A stretch of DNA of 64,000 nucleotides from Camelus dromedarius (taxonomy: Eukaryota): positions 27,840,001 through 27,904,000 of the forward strand of contig NC_087437.1 of the NCBI RefSeq assembly GCF_036321535.1. The letters are read 5' to 3'. Within the stretch, counting starts at the first letter, position 1; every line of letters starts with the position of its first letter. The notes under the pieces were generated by a model. The model searched no databases, was not told the DNA's origin, and saw nothing but the letters and a program-made list of their open reading frames with translations. Positions 23,921-36,987 of this stretch are shown piece after piece. The position numbers and the translations under genes were made by a program.

Positions 23921-26220
23921 TGTATCTGTTATCTAACTTTCTAAGAAGGAAAATTTGAGTAGTGAATCAATCACTCCTATTGATAGACTCACTCCATTCC
24001 CATTACAGAGTGCAGTGCCATCTTAAAGGCTACTGGTTTTCCTTGTGTTAATCAATGGATGGCTGTCTTAGTATCTGGAGCTCAAATGGGACATGGCCCA
24101 TGGGATGCATATGGGATGAAGCAAGGTAATTCATACAGAAGGAGGAGCTTTATTTGGAGAGGGGTTACAGGTATGATAGTTACTAGACTTTCTTAGATTC
24201 CCCTTTAATTATCATTTTAAAAATAAGATTTGTCTTTAGTTGAATGACATGATGGTCAAATAAATAATGATAACTTTGAACTTCCCACACAAGGTGTCTG
24301 TAAATGTGTTTCAATTAAACTCAGGAATGCATACTTTCAAGACAAAGGTGTTTTTGTTTTTTTAAATTGGGTTTATTCTGCTGGCCTCAGGATGCTCAGC
24401 TAAACTGTGACTTTGTTTTTAAAAAAAAGTACATAGTAGGTTAGTTATAAATGAGGAGGAAAACGTAATTATTGTCATAAATTTATTGTCATATATCAAG
24501 TTTGGAAAAAACAACTAAGAACATATTTTCTAATGTAGCTTCTTGTCATATGCAAAAATCCACGTATGTTCAAAGAAATTATAAATGAGGATATCTCTAT
24601 AAAAATGTTATAAACAGTCTTCAAATTTCTTCTGAAAAAATAACACCTGGAAAAAATACTTTCACGTTTTCAATGAAAACTCACCAAATGTTTACTTTAA
24701 GTTTTCAAAACTTAACGCACTGAGTCTTTGGGCATTTATTATTCATACATTTTGAATGTAAAGTCTGTTACTTTTGCCTGAGACCACATGGGCAAAACAT
24801 ACGTTCTGAGCCTGCACAGATCCAATGTCTTGATTAACTGACCTATAAAATAAGAAATTCTTGATTTTCTTTCTATAAAAAGGGAAAGAGAAAACATAAG
24901 AGCCAGAGCAAAAATAGTGTCCTTTAATGTTTCCTTTTCCTCATGGATTTCTCAATTCTCTGTAATGGATACCTTCCATGAGTCCTTAAATGGGATTTCT
25001 GTTAGCCAGAGAAACTTTCCATCAGCTCTCTTGCTTGCCAGAATTATTAAGACCTCCTGACATGATGTGTGCTAGCCCAACAATAACAAATTCTACCTCT
25101 AAAATTTTAGCTGCATGTAGAAAAGCAGGTTAAATCATATGTTCATTTTGCCACTTGTATTTTAACTTGAATTCTGCATTCCTTCCTCTTCCAAGAATTA
25201 AGATTTATTACGTGAATAACTATACTAGGTACCAGACTGGGTAAGGAATATTAACTAGTTAACAAAAAACTATGCAAGAATCCCCTTCCAGGCTGAGCCA
25301 CAGACTAACCTTTAGTCTTAAGATAATTCTACTAGTAAATAGGAAAATCAGCCAGATGTGAAAAGTTATAGAAGCTCAGATGATCTGAGTAAATGTTGCT
25401 ACAGTAGGGAAGTTAAAAGTATTGATCATAGGACTGTTTCCCTCCTTATCTTCCAGTCCTCTAGACTTCTCCTTGTCTCCAGAAGAATGTCTAGTGGTTC
25501 TTTTGTTCCAAGCTCCATCTTTCACTTTCTTGTCTTTAGCTTCTGGACCTAGTATGTACTTAAAAAGTCCTCAAAGCATCTTCTTTCTCTCTTTCACAAA
25601 CTTCCTGAAATCTCAGCACACCAGGAGAAGCCCTGGAAATGAACTGATTAACATTTTCTTTTTCATTCAACTCCCTTGGGTGTGGCCCACACACAGTGTG
25701 AGTAAGATGATTCCACAGCACAATCTTAGGCTGTTCTAATCATAGAAGATGTCTGATTGTGTGATACACACATACCACAGAACCGGTAATTTCAGCACCA
25801 CAGGAAATGTTTCTCAGGTGGTGGTTAATCTTCAAGTTTCTCTCTTCCAAAATGACCCAGAGGGAAAGAATGACGAAAGAGTATAGAAAGTAGAAAAGAA
25901 GGGTACTCCACCCCTAAAATAAGCCATTCCCAAAAAAGTTATCTGCACCCAACACTTTGCTGAGAACACAACTGAAGGAAATACAGATATAAATAAAAGA
26001 GCAACAATTAGAGATATGGGCATATAGGCTATAAGATTTGTAAGGGAAAGACAGAAAACTCTCTGCAGTGAGAATTAAGGACCTGATATACAGAAACAAA
26101 TTTTGAAACAGATGCTTATGGATCAGGACCAGTGCAGAACATAACAGAAGATTAAGAAGCCACATCCAATCAACAAAAAGGAAGAATATAAATTGAACCA
26201 GGGAAGATTAATTTCCCTGT

Positions 26221-26425
26221 TGTATTAGTTTCCTATTGCTGGTGCAAAAAATTATTAGAAATCTAGTGGCTTCATACAATATACATTTATTATCTTATAG
26301 TGCTGGAGGTCAGAAGTCATAAGTTTGTCTTACTTGGCTAAAATCAAGGTGCTGGAAGGAATGCAGGGTAGCATTCCTCCGGAGGCTCTAGAGGAACATC
26401 TGCTTCTTTTTCAGCCTTTAGAGGT
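26221..26425 (-). mobile_element. MaLR LTR fragment (MLT1-type)
   Basis: tgtattagtttcctattgctg...tttattatcttatagtgctggaggtcagaagtc...ggctaaaatcaaggtg...ggaggctctagagg. Confidence 0.85.
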
Positions 26426-26516
26426 TTTCAGGGACCCTCATACTTTATTTTATTCCATAGTTTTAGCATAGTGACTGCAGTGTGTGGTGAGAGGTGGCTA
26501 TGCCAGTAAATGTCAC

Positions 26517-26980
26517 TGCTACGGAAACAACAGGCCAGTCAAGAAACAAGCACCACTCGGAGGGTTGGAGTACTCAGATGTATTACACCGGCAGGCTCAG
26601 AGGGGCTTCTGCTCTGAAGCTCTGAGCACCTCCAAGACGTGTGCATGAGGTTTTATAGGGTAAAGTACAAGTTTGGGGAATTCGGCCAATAGGCATGGAA
26701 CAGCTTTAGCAGCATTATCACAAAAGTGGAGGCGGGGAGGCAGCAAACCAACATTCCAAAGCCAGATATGTATCTTTGAAAACCCAGCTGGCTAGCAAAA
26801 TAACACGAACAGCAAACCAACACTAATTATAGCCTAGATTTACAAGTTAGTTTAGCAGAACTCAGATCAGTATTCCAATATTTAGATTTGTGAGTTATCT
26901 TGTTAGCCCAGCCCAGCCTCTCCTTCACATTCCTAGACTTGTGAGTTATCTTGTTAGACCAGCCCGGTTTTTCCTTCACA
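26517..26980 (-). mobile_element. ERV1-class solo LTR (464 bp), probably lineage-specific
   Basis: TG...CA termini and a perfect 4-bp TSD TCAC (26513-26516 / 26981-26984). On the minus strand: TATAAAA (26651-26657) and AATACA (26579-26584). CCAAT at 26686-26690 and a GC box at about 26730-26738. Confidence 0.85.
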
Positions 26981-27604
26981 TCACGTGTTGTTGGGGAACA
27001 AGAGTGAATGGAGGTGGCTGTAGAGATTATCCAAGGAATTTAAGTACATGCAAATCATCCTCTGGGTTCTCCCAGAAATGCTTGCAATTTACTCAGCAGA
27101 AGACAGATATTACTGGAAAATGCAGGCAAGAACCAGTGTAATTTGAGTTGATACTATTGTGATCTTTGGATCTTGGTGTAACTCGGGTTACATGTATATA
27201 GTGCATTTCTGAGTTTTTAGTTCAGACATTCTCAGCTAACCTTTTCTTTTCTCAGCTGTATAAATTCTAAATTCTATAATCCATTTATATATTGCTAAAG
27301 ATAATTACTTACACCAGATAAATCCCAAATGAACTTGTTTGTACATTTTGGTATTGTAGTTGAGCAGTCTCAGTAGACAGCGCCCCTTACAGAAAGGGTC
27401 TAGCAATTATTCCTGTTTGGGTGAATTACACATGACATGAATAGCTCTAAAGTGTTATGACATAAAAGCCACAATTGTTTTGGTTTGCCTGACATAAAAA
27501 AATTTATATATTCCATACTTGATTTACTGTTATGTAATTTTAAATTGTATGTGCATGTTCTTATTCAATTTAGGAGATCCTTTCCATAAAATTAATTTGC
27601 ACTT

Positions 27605-27763
27605 TGAAACAACTTTATTGTGATATATTATTATATAAAGAATGCATATATTTAATGTGCACAATTTGAGTTTGGACAAATGCAAACATCTGTGATACCA
27701 TCAGGACGATCAAAGTAATGGGCATATCTGATACCTCCCAAAGTTTCCTTGTGTCCCCCTGCT

Positions 27764-27813
<50 letters not shown>

Positions 27814-28369
27814 TAACAATGCTCTTAATTATGAGGGAAATGCAAATGAAAAATAAGAGATACCACCTCACACTGGTTAGGATGACTATTATCAAAAAAA
27901 AAAAAAAAAACCCAAAGATAACAAGTATTGGCAAGGATGTGGAGAAATTGGAACACTTAGACACTGTTGATGGGAATGTAAAATAATGCAACAGCTATGG
28001 AAAAAATTATAGAGGTTCCTTAAATTAAAAATACAACCACCATATGATTCAGCAATCCTCCTTCTGGATATATATCCAGAAGAGGTGAAATCAGTATCTG
28101 GAGGAGATATCTGCACTCCCATGTTCACTGCAGTATTATCATAATAGCCAAGATACAGAAACTATCCAAATGGTCATCCACAGATGAATGGATATACATA
28201 CAACAGAATATTACTCAGCCTTAAAAGGAAGTCCTGCCGTCTGCCACAACATAGATAAACTTAGAGGACATTATGCTAAGTGAAATAAGTGTCACAGAGG
28301 AACAGATGCTGCATGATTCTGCTTATAGGGTATCTAAATTAGGTAAAGACATAGATGCAGAGAATACTA
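27605..28369 (-). mobile_element. L1 (L1MA/MB-like) with 5' inversion: 3' end on minus (27605-27812), upstream part on plus (27813-28369)
   Basis: The minus segment is an L1 3' terminus (caataaag). The plus segment encodes LIMREMQMKNKRYHLTLVRM (ORF2 C-terminus) and runs into the 3'UTR. Flanking repeat AATTTGCACTT (27594-27604) / AATTTGCAATT (28370-28380). Confidence 0.8.
27768..27812. repeat. (TG)22 microsatellite
   Basis: Perfect dinucleotide run, read directly. Confidence 0.98.
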
Positions 28370-29244
28370 AATTTGCAATTAAGTGCTCCATACGCTCATG
28401 GATACAAGGTTACATTTTGTACACACGATCCTTAATGTGTTGGGAAAATGTGTTTATTATTTATTGTTTATAATACCGTTAGATAACGCATTGTTAGAAA
28501 TATAATCCTTTGTGTTGAGACATTCTCTCCAAACACTTTTGTATAATGCATATGCTCCTAAGAAAAGTGGCTCATTTGGTTTTGATTAATGTTAGGTCAT
28601 ATTCTTTATGAAATAGTTTCTCAAATAGTAACTACTTTGCAATGAAGTTACTGAGGAAATGTGAAATTTATATAACTAGGGAAACATTAACAGAGCACTG
28701 AAGGAGGTATTCTGTTGCAACGTAGAAAGGCATAATACTTCTTAAAAAGCCATTGATATTCAAGTTGGGGAAAGGATTATCTGTATGGAAAGAAGTATCA
28801 ACAATGCCAAGGTGAGTGAATAGACTCCAGCGATGATCTTTGTTTAATTTATAGTTTTTTCTGGGTATCCCAGTGTGAAGGAGTTTACCTAGACTTCTGA
28901 GTATGTCCCAAATATGCTTCTTAAAACATGCTTTAAGAGCCAATGATACAGTGTTTAAAATTTTGGCATATGAAAAAACTAATGGTGCTATGGAAGGGGC
29001 ATGCATTTGGTTTGGTGTTCACTGACTCAATGACTAAGCAAATATCCACAGAAACCCTTACAAATTGTTTAGGTAATTCTCTTCAGTATGGCTTCTGGCA
29101 ATTTGCATTCTTTATTATTACAATTCTTCAATGCCAAAGAATATCTTTTCTAGACTTCAGAGTTGGATCTTAGAAAACTGAATGTTTTTCTTGATGTCAT
29201 TAAAATGACAGATAATTTTGGAGGCTAAGAATTTGTGTTTATAA

Positions 29245-29520
29245 AAGGCAGTTTCTACCTTACAAACTGCATTTTTAAAGTTCATCTTGAAGTTCACTGT
29301 TTGGAACCTAGAATACATTTTCCCTGAGAACCAAACGTTCTATATAGTAGCTAGGTTCCCACAACAGCTCTCAGAAACCTCTTTAACTCGCAGCATTCCT
29401 GAAATGTCCACAGATACTAATACCATTAAGGAAACAGCTATCACATATAACGCTGCTCTTGGGAAAGATGAGCTTCAGTGCCAACTGGGGATTCTGGAGC
29501 AGTCTCTTCCCCTTACCTTT
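29245..29520 (+). mobile_element. Ancient Tigger-family DNA transposon fragment (Tigger13a-like)
   Basis: aggcagtttctaccttacaaac...tgtttggaacctagaatacattttccc...gctaggttcccac...cctctttaactc resembles the left end of old Tigger elements. Confidence 0.6.
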
Positions 29521-29599
29521 TGCAAGTCATGGCAATAAGAGAAACTCTAGAAAGAAAAACCAATTAGAGTGCTAAGGAACTTACTCAGACCAAAGCACA

Positions 29600-30970
29600 G
29601 AGAAATCAATTAAATAAAAGAAGAAATAGAGCAGTTATAAGAGATGGAAAACAGGTTTTTAGAAGAGATACCAAAGGAGAGAAAATAATAGAAAATTAGA
29701 GAAGCAATATTTGGACAGAAAAATTTTGAGAATTTGGTATATGGAAGAACAAAATGCCAAGAGTTGCTAAAATAACTTTTTAGAAAAATAAAGTAAAATT
29801 ATAAAACAATAATAAGTTATAAGTAATAGAAATTATAAAATAATGGTAATGCAATATGGTATTCAAGCAGGCTAGATAAAGGGCTCAACTGAATGGAATA
29901 AAAAACTCAAAAACAGATCCACCTATATATAAAAATTTGATAAAATAATGAAATTTGTATTGTGTATTAATAGAAAAATGATGCAACAAATTGTACTGCA
30001 TAGCTCTTCATGTTGAAAACACTGTTATATCCCTTCCTAACACGATGCACAAACAATAATTCTAAGTATTATGTACTGCTAGTAAGCTTATAAATCAACA
30101 TGAGCTCACATTTGTCTAGCAATATGGACACATATTAAGTTTCTATTACTGTTGTAACAAATTAAGTAGTTTAAACAACACAAATTTGTTACTTTACAAT
30201 TCTGGAGATCACAAATCTGAATGGGACTCTGGATTAAAATCAAGCTGTAGTAGGGCTGTGTTCCTATCTGGAAGCTCTAGAAAAGAGTCTGCTTCCTTGT
30301 TTTCTCTGGGTTCTAGAAGTAGTTAATATTCCCTTCATCTACAAAGTCAGAACATTCAGCTGAGTCCTTTCCATGACGCCATCTCTCTGGTTCTTCCTCT
30401 CACTCTTTTGCCTCCCTCTTGCATTTATAGGAACCCTTGTGATGACATCAGGCCCACCTGGATAACCCAGGATAATCTCATCTCAAGGTCAGTTGGTTAG
30501 CAACCTTAATTTCCCTTTGCCATGTAACTAACATATTCACAAGTTCTGGGGATTAGGACATGGACTTCTTTAAGGGACTATTATTCTGCCTACAACAGGA
30601 ACTATCTATTAAAATTGAATTTGTTTGTGTCTAATGACTTTGCAATTTCATTTCTATGTATAAACCCTTGAGAAAATATACCACATTTTCAAGGGAATTT
30701 ATATAAGATAGTTGCAGCATTGTTTGATAGTTAAAAATAAATCTAAATGCCTATCATCAAGAGCAGAGAAAAACTGTGGTCTACAGATATACCAGAATAT
30801 TATACAACAGACAAAAATAATGAACTAGAGGCTACAGGTGTCAACACAGACATTTCTCAATAACAAAACGTTGTAGAAAGCCATTTATGCTGTGATACTA
30901 TTTATGTAAAGTTTAAAAACCTGAAGACAATCATATTTTGTTTATGGACATACTACATGAGGTATAAATA
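29600..30970 (+). mobile_element. Ancient L1 (L1ME-like) fragments, interrupted by an MLT1 LTR
   Basis: A-rich ORF2/3'UTR-like remnants (aaacagatccacctatatataaaaatttgat, gcagcattgtttg, aatgaactagaggctac, atactatttatgtaaagtttaaaaacc). Confidence 0.6.
30131..30597 (-). mobile_element. MaLR solo LTR (MLT1C/D-like)
   Basis: gtaacaaatt...aacaacacaaatttg...ggaacccttgtgatgacatcaggcccacctggataacccaggataatctc...ggattaggacatggac...attattctgcctacaaca. Confidence 0.9.
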
Positions 30971-31046
30971 ATTCTCACCTAAACTACAATGTTTTTAGAC
31001 TCACCCTTTAGCTTTCACTTTTGTGTTTATGCCTACTTTTCTATAG

Positions 31047-31262
31047 CAGGGGTTGGTAAATTACATGATGTGGGCAGCCCATCTTTTTTGTGAATAAAGT
31101 TTTAGTGGAATACAGGCTGCCCACCTGTAGAGCCATGCTCATTTTTAAAAAATGTATTATCTATGGCTGGTTTCATGCTTCAGTGGCAGAGCTGAGTAGT
31201 GACAGAGGTTAGATGCCCCTCAAGTCTACAATATTTACTACTGGCCCTTTAAGGAAAAGCTT
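31047..31262 (+). mobile_element. hAT-Charlie MITE, MER58A-like
   Basis: caggggttggtaaattac...aataaagttttagtggaatacag...tatggctg...ggcagagctgagtagt...aatatttactactggccctttaaggaaaag. Confidence 0.85.
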
Positions 31263-33354
31263 ATTCATATGATTAACACAGGTTGAGTTAACATCATTTG
31301 TTCTGTCGCAGGCATTGAGCTGGTTCCTGGAGATACAAAGGTGCTTTGAGGGTCTTGCCCTTAAGGAGCTTAGACTAACAGAGAAAGAGATAAGTTTAAA
31401 GAAATGGTTAATACTCTAGGAAGGAAGTTGTAAAGTGGGACATAAATCTTTCTTCAGAGGTCAAAAGGACAAATAAATGAGGATTGAACTATAAGGTGCC
31501 TGGCTCATAATAGGACTTCAGTACTGTGTACTGTGGGTTTACTATTTATATTCCTATGTTTGTGACTGCCATCATCCTATGAAACACGTGAATAAGAGTA
31601 AAGAAATGGAGGGAAGAAAAAAAGGCAGAAAAAGAACATTTAGAATAGGAGAACACTGAAAGTGTATTAAATAATGAAAGATAAGAAATACTCATCTTTA
31701 CTTTTTTACAAGTTAATATTTCAGAATAGTCAATAAAACTATTATTTATCTTTTTATATCAATGAAATACAAATCAGTAATTTTTGCCAGAAACACAGCC
31801 ATTTGATCTCCCTAGTGCTAACTTAAAATAAGGTAAATAAGATTTCTCAAATTATCTTGCTTGGGTTTGCACATTAATATTTCTAGAATATACATGTCTG
31901 TAAATTATAAATATGGCTTATTTATAGTATACCAAATAACTTTTTTGAAACAAATTCTTTCTTTTGAGAGAACCCATCTATTTTAATAGAATCTTAAGGT
32001 TAAAAAAGAAGGTGTAGATAAGTTGTTATCATGATCATTATTCATTTTTATTTACTGATATCCCAAGACCTGTTCAGCTCTCCACAGAACATGTTTCCCC
32101 AAATGGCCATTAAAGTTATTTTGGCTCATTGTTATTTTTCAAGAGAGAAACCACTTTTATCTGTCTCCAGAATAATAACAGTTTATGTGTAATAGATTAT
32201 TCTCTTCTTCACTTCCCTTTGATCATTTAGTGGCTTCATGTGTTTGTTCTCTTGGGAGTTCTGCTGAGGAAGAGCGGGGCATCTGCCTTAAATAATTTTC
32301 ACTCAATTACAAAACTACTATTACTTGGTTTTCCTTCCTGGATATTTTTAAAAAAATTTTCAGCTATCATTAAAATCTCATAACTATGGGATTTTCAGAG
32401 TTAACTTAATGAGAGCAAAGCTTCATAAAAGTGCATTTTGCTCTTACCTCTGGTAGAATCTTCCTAAGCTAGTAATTTGCTTTTAGGGCTAAAGTTTCTT
32501 TCTTAGTTCTATCATGTAGAGCATCAAAATGATATTTCATGAACAAATAGGGAAGAGAACTTTTGTCTTTCTCTAAAAAAATGTTCATTTAAATTCTGTT
32601 TAATAGTAGTCCTATGGTTTTTATTGGGCTTCACTTTTTTCTTCAGTTGGCAGTGGCGTTCTTAAGGAGGACAAGTGGAGAATCAACTAGTAACATTACA
32701 GAAAAGTGTTACATTTGGGAGGGCAGAGGGACAGGAAATCTAGCTGGTGCTGCTGGTTGAACAGGAATGAAGTACACAATTGACGAAGGTCAGAAGACAT
32801 GCATGTTCCATGAACTTTCCTACCAACTATGAATAAATGACCCAACTACCCCAAGGCCACATCCACGACATCCAGTAGATGCAGTTTTGAAATGGCATAA
32901 TAGTTGAGAGATGACACATTTCATTCTGACTTTGACCTCAGAAACCTTTGTTTAATTTTACTCTTAAGAATTTTATTTTCTATTAAAGTAATGAAATATA
33001 TTTGGAATTCTAAAATCTAAAGTAACAAAATATGTTTAGATTTCAAAATGGTTGCTTTACCATTGGTGCATTTTACAACTATTTATCCTCTAATGCCTGA
33101 GCTTTGGTGTCCAAATTCAAATGCATTATTCTCTTGGCTGATGTGGTCCATGTAAATAAAAATTACATGATAGATGTTTTTGACTATTTTGGATGGATTG
33201 AACAAGTAAGATCAATGTAATAATAGTTTGAATTGAATTAATAATTTAGTAGAACAAAGTCTAGAAAGTCACTGATTTATGAAAATGTTTTGTTGGCTTG
33301 ATTAAAATGTCATAACTAGTTTTGGGGTTGGTGTGTTCAGAAAGGAAATAACAT

Positions 33355-33620
33355 AACATGATGGTAAAGGGTAGAAATTTTAGGGTCAGCCCTGATCGTG
33401 TTTCTAGTTATTAGTTCTATGACCTTGTGAAGTCTCTTAATGTCTACTAAGCCTTAATATTCTCATTTCTAAATGGGGTAACAGCATTGTATATAAAGAG
33501 CTTGGCATAATGCTTGTCAAATTATAAGGGCACAGTAAGTGTTACACTACATGACAGTCACAATGTATTTGAAAATGGGTGGCAAGCAATAAAGCACTAC
33601 ACAGATGGGAGGTGCTGTTG
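33355..33620 (+). mobile_element. MIR SINE
   Basis: tatgaccttgtgaagtctcttaat...aagccttaatattctcatttctaaatggggtaa. Confidence 0.6.
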
Positions 33621-33959
33621 CTACATAATTTTCATGAGAAATATGTAGATCTCCTGCACAGAGTTGAGATGGGGAGACTGTCAACCAAACATTGTTTATA
33701 TTGCCAGTGGCTCAATAAAAGGGAGAAAGGCTTAGTGACAAGTAACAAAATTTAAAATGTGGGATATCAAAGATGCGTTCAATACAAGGGTTTTTTGGTT
33801 TTGCTTTGTTTTACCTGAAAGCATGAGCGAGCAACCAAGAAACAATGTTCTGAAAATGCCTCAAGGGGTAAATGAATCCTGTAGAGTATGATCTTCCCGA
33901 AGCAATTCTAGTATAGCGAAGATCTGGCTACTGTTGGAGCATGTATGTGGGGCAGAGGA

Positions 33960-34430
33960 GTGTGAATGCAAACTCCTGGGTATGATATGCAAGGCCTTCA
34001 CAATCTGGTCCCTGACACCTTTCCAGTTTTTTCTTTGCATTATATTCTTCCATATTTTGTATAATCTTCATCATCTCTGATCAAGTCATACATTTGCAAA
34101 CATCTTTGCTTTTGTTTAACCTAAAATATCTTCTTTCTCTCCCTCACAATTGTACTTGACATAATCAGCACTAAAAAAATCTTGAGAGTTTTTCTAGTCT
34201 CACTTTTAGAAATCATAGTCTCTCTCCCTGTGTCTCCCTATCATATTTCTTTTGTCTCCATTTGCACAAATACGTCTAATTTTATTTTATTCTTTTACTT
34301 GAAGGCCAGCTCCTTGAGGGTAAGTTCCTTGAGAGTATTCTCTATGCTTTCTAGGCTCTGTAGCCCCTCAGTGCCTGGTCCAAAGCCTTGCATAAAATGA
34401 GGATTGAGAAATGATCGTTGGATTGAGTTG
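33960..34430 (+). mobile_element. L2 LINE 3' fragment
   Basis: gcaaactcctgggtatg...caaggccttcacaatctggtcc...agctccttgagggta...ctgtagcccctcagtgcctgg. Confidence 0.65.
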
Positions 34431-36149
34431 AAATCGGAATTCCTTGAATAAAGTCCATTACCTATGGGAGTATTCCTTCTGAGGTTTTGGGACATAGTTT
34501 TCCAAATGGCCTTAATAGTTGGAAGTAGACTCTCTAAATCATGGTAAACTTTGCTTGTTCCAGAGAAAGGGGACTTTGTAAAAAACTTTGCTCTTATTAC
34601 TGAAAATGATCAGGCTGACATCAGGTATTAGAAGACCTTGAACCGAATAATTTTGGTCAGATCACTGGAAAAGGAGCTTCTTACTAAAAACAGCACAGCT
34701 GTTCCCTTAATGATATATTACCCCAGAAGCCTGTGGCCTTCTGAAATCTGTTAACATATGCTGAAGGCAGAAAATTTTAATACCACAATTTTTGGTAAGT
34801 TTGTTTAGATACAGCTGAAGAAACATGCGTACTGAGCCTCTACTAAGGGCCACACAGTTCAGTGTTCTAGTCTCTAATGTGGCATTTGATCAAGACATAT
34901 AACTAAAACCCACTGTGTTTAGAAGACTGGATGTCAGATTTTGTCTTGTGATTTAAAGCAATAAAAATTAGTTCACCTAAATGGAATCTTTCATATGTCT
35001 TTAATGTCTGTATCACCTTCTTATTTAGTAGTTTTCCTTAAAAAGTTTTATATTTATTTCATCTATATAAATATAGACTTAATTTCCTTTTAAAATTTCT
35101 TACCTATTACCAGCAGTATCTAAAAATAATACTTTTTTCTTACTGTTTCATACTGTGTTTTAATTATTCCACCTTCTTTTTTTTTTAACTTAAAAAAGTA
35201 AACTCCAAGGAAATTAAGAAATTTGCACCAAGGGGTAAATAAGAGGACAAAGTTGTGCTAAGCATATGAAATAAGCTTAATGAGAACCTAGCAATGCGGA
35301 ATTCATTAAAAAAAAAAAGCTTTCTTTATAAGCTCTTTATGGATCAAATAAACTACAAAGGGAAGCAAATAAGTAATGCTGAAAGGAAATGAAAAAGGAA
35401 AATGGAAAATAAAACAATTAAAAACAGTGATTAAAATAGCACACAGAGGTGGAGATGAGTCTTTTGAAGGACAAAAGAGAAATACTGGCAGACAGTAATT
35501 CTTAAAATGTCAAAATATTCATTTAAATACTTAACAGTCAACCTTGGCTTCCTGAAATTGCATCAATTTATAACCACTTATCCATTTACCACACACTTAT
35601 TTTGTTAATGTTCTTTCATTTTTGTTTCATTCATCCAACATAGATTACAGGTTTCAGAGATAGATGGTTTTAACTTGATGCAGTAAAGCAATGGAAATAT
35701 ATAAAATTTCTGTAAACATAATAGAATGGTGGCAGTATGTTTTCTTTTTCACGGACATTCATTAGGTTAAAATATTTTAAAAAGGAGGCAGTGATTTTAT
35801 ATCCTGGGAAAATTCTTTCATAGGAAATGTACATTTCCTGTAATAAATACTTAGAGCCTAATAAAGCTTTTAAAAATAAAATAAATGGTTATTTTTAAGG
35901 TGATACCTGTCAATAAAGTTAAGAGTATGACGATACGAGGAAATATTCTTACCAGAGGAAACAAGTGAAAAGATTCATAACTTTAACTGTCATTTAAAAA
36001 ATGAATAAAATATTTTGTGTTTTTATAAATTAGCTCATGTCTTCTCATATTTGGGAAAAAGAATAAAATAAATAACCCAAAAGTAGCTTTCCTACCTCAG
36101 ATATACTGTCCTTCAAAGCTGAGTATAAGTCAAATTCCTTTTAAGGCTA

Positions 36150-36620
36150 CTTTTGGCCTTTAACTCCACCAAAAGACTGCTAGAAACACATACTGATCAA
36201 GAAAATCTGGGTTTGTCAGACTCAGTACAGTAAGGGAGAACAGCAGTGTGACAGATTTTTAGCCAGGTCTCTAAAGGGAGAGTCCCCAGGAGGAAGTACA
36301 CCAGGCCTTATGTGATTTTAAGGCAGATGTTTGCAAGGAAGGAAACTGGGATTGGCAGAATTCGTAACAAAATAGCTTTGGTCTGGTGGATATGGTAAGG
36401 AGGTTGTCTTGAAGTGGCCTATTAGACTTTAAAAGTAAGCTGTTTTGGTTGGTTCATAGATTTATCTTCCAAAGTATTTCTTACAGCAAGCAGCTAAGTT
36501 GCTTTTGCTCAGTCTGAGTTTTGTTTAGCACAGGAACAGTAAAATACATTAGGTCTTGAAACTTTTTAGCCCAGGAACAGTATTATTTCCTCACTGCAAA
36601 TAACTTAAAATTAATTCAAA
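36150..36620 (-). mobile_element. Old LTR-like element (probably ERV1 class, family uncertain)
   Basis: LTR-like composition (gggtttgtcagactcagtacagtaagggagaacagca, gattggc, repeated caggaacagta). No TSD identified. Confidence 0.4.
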
Positions 36621-36987
36621 GACTGCACACAGATATTTTTCTTTTAGGATAAGCATGCTTCTAGATCTAGTTCATTCCTTCACCATGAAGAAATCTTAAA
36701 TGACCACTGTGCCTCTCTAATGCTTTTGGTTCATAAAATATTATATTCCATCTCCTTTTTAAACAGTCAAACTCCTGTTGTTTAATTCACTTGTTTTGTT
36801 GACTTCTGTTTGCAGTGTTGTGCTAGCTGTCAGGTACATAAAATTGAATGAGTGGAATCTTGGATGTGACAAACATGTAAACAAATACATGCAAGAACTG
36901 ATGACTTGTGCTGTTGAAACATTTTGCAGAGGGTACACAAAGAGGGTGTGGGCGATGTGACAAAGTTTTATGCAGGAGCTAACACTT

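Noticed and set aside
25791..25808. REST/NRSE site TTCAGCACCACAGGAAAT
   Set aside because: The left half is perfect but the GGACAG right half is absent at canonical spacing.
27375..27395. CTCF site (minus strand TCTGTAAGGGGCGCTG); similar weak match at about 43543-43563
   Set aside because: Mismatches at high-information core positions.
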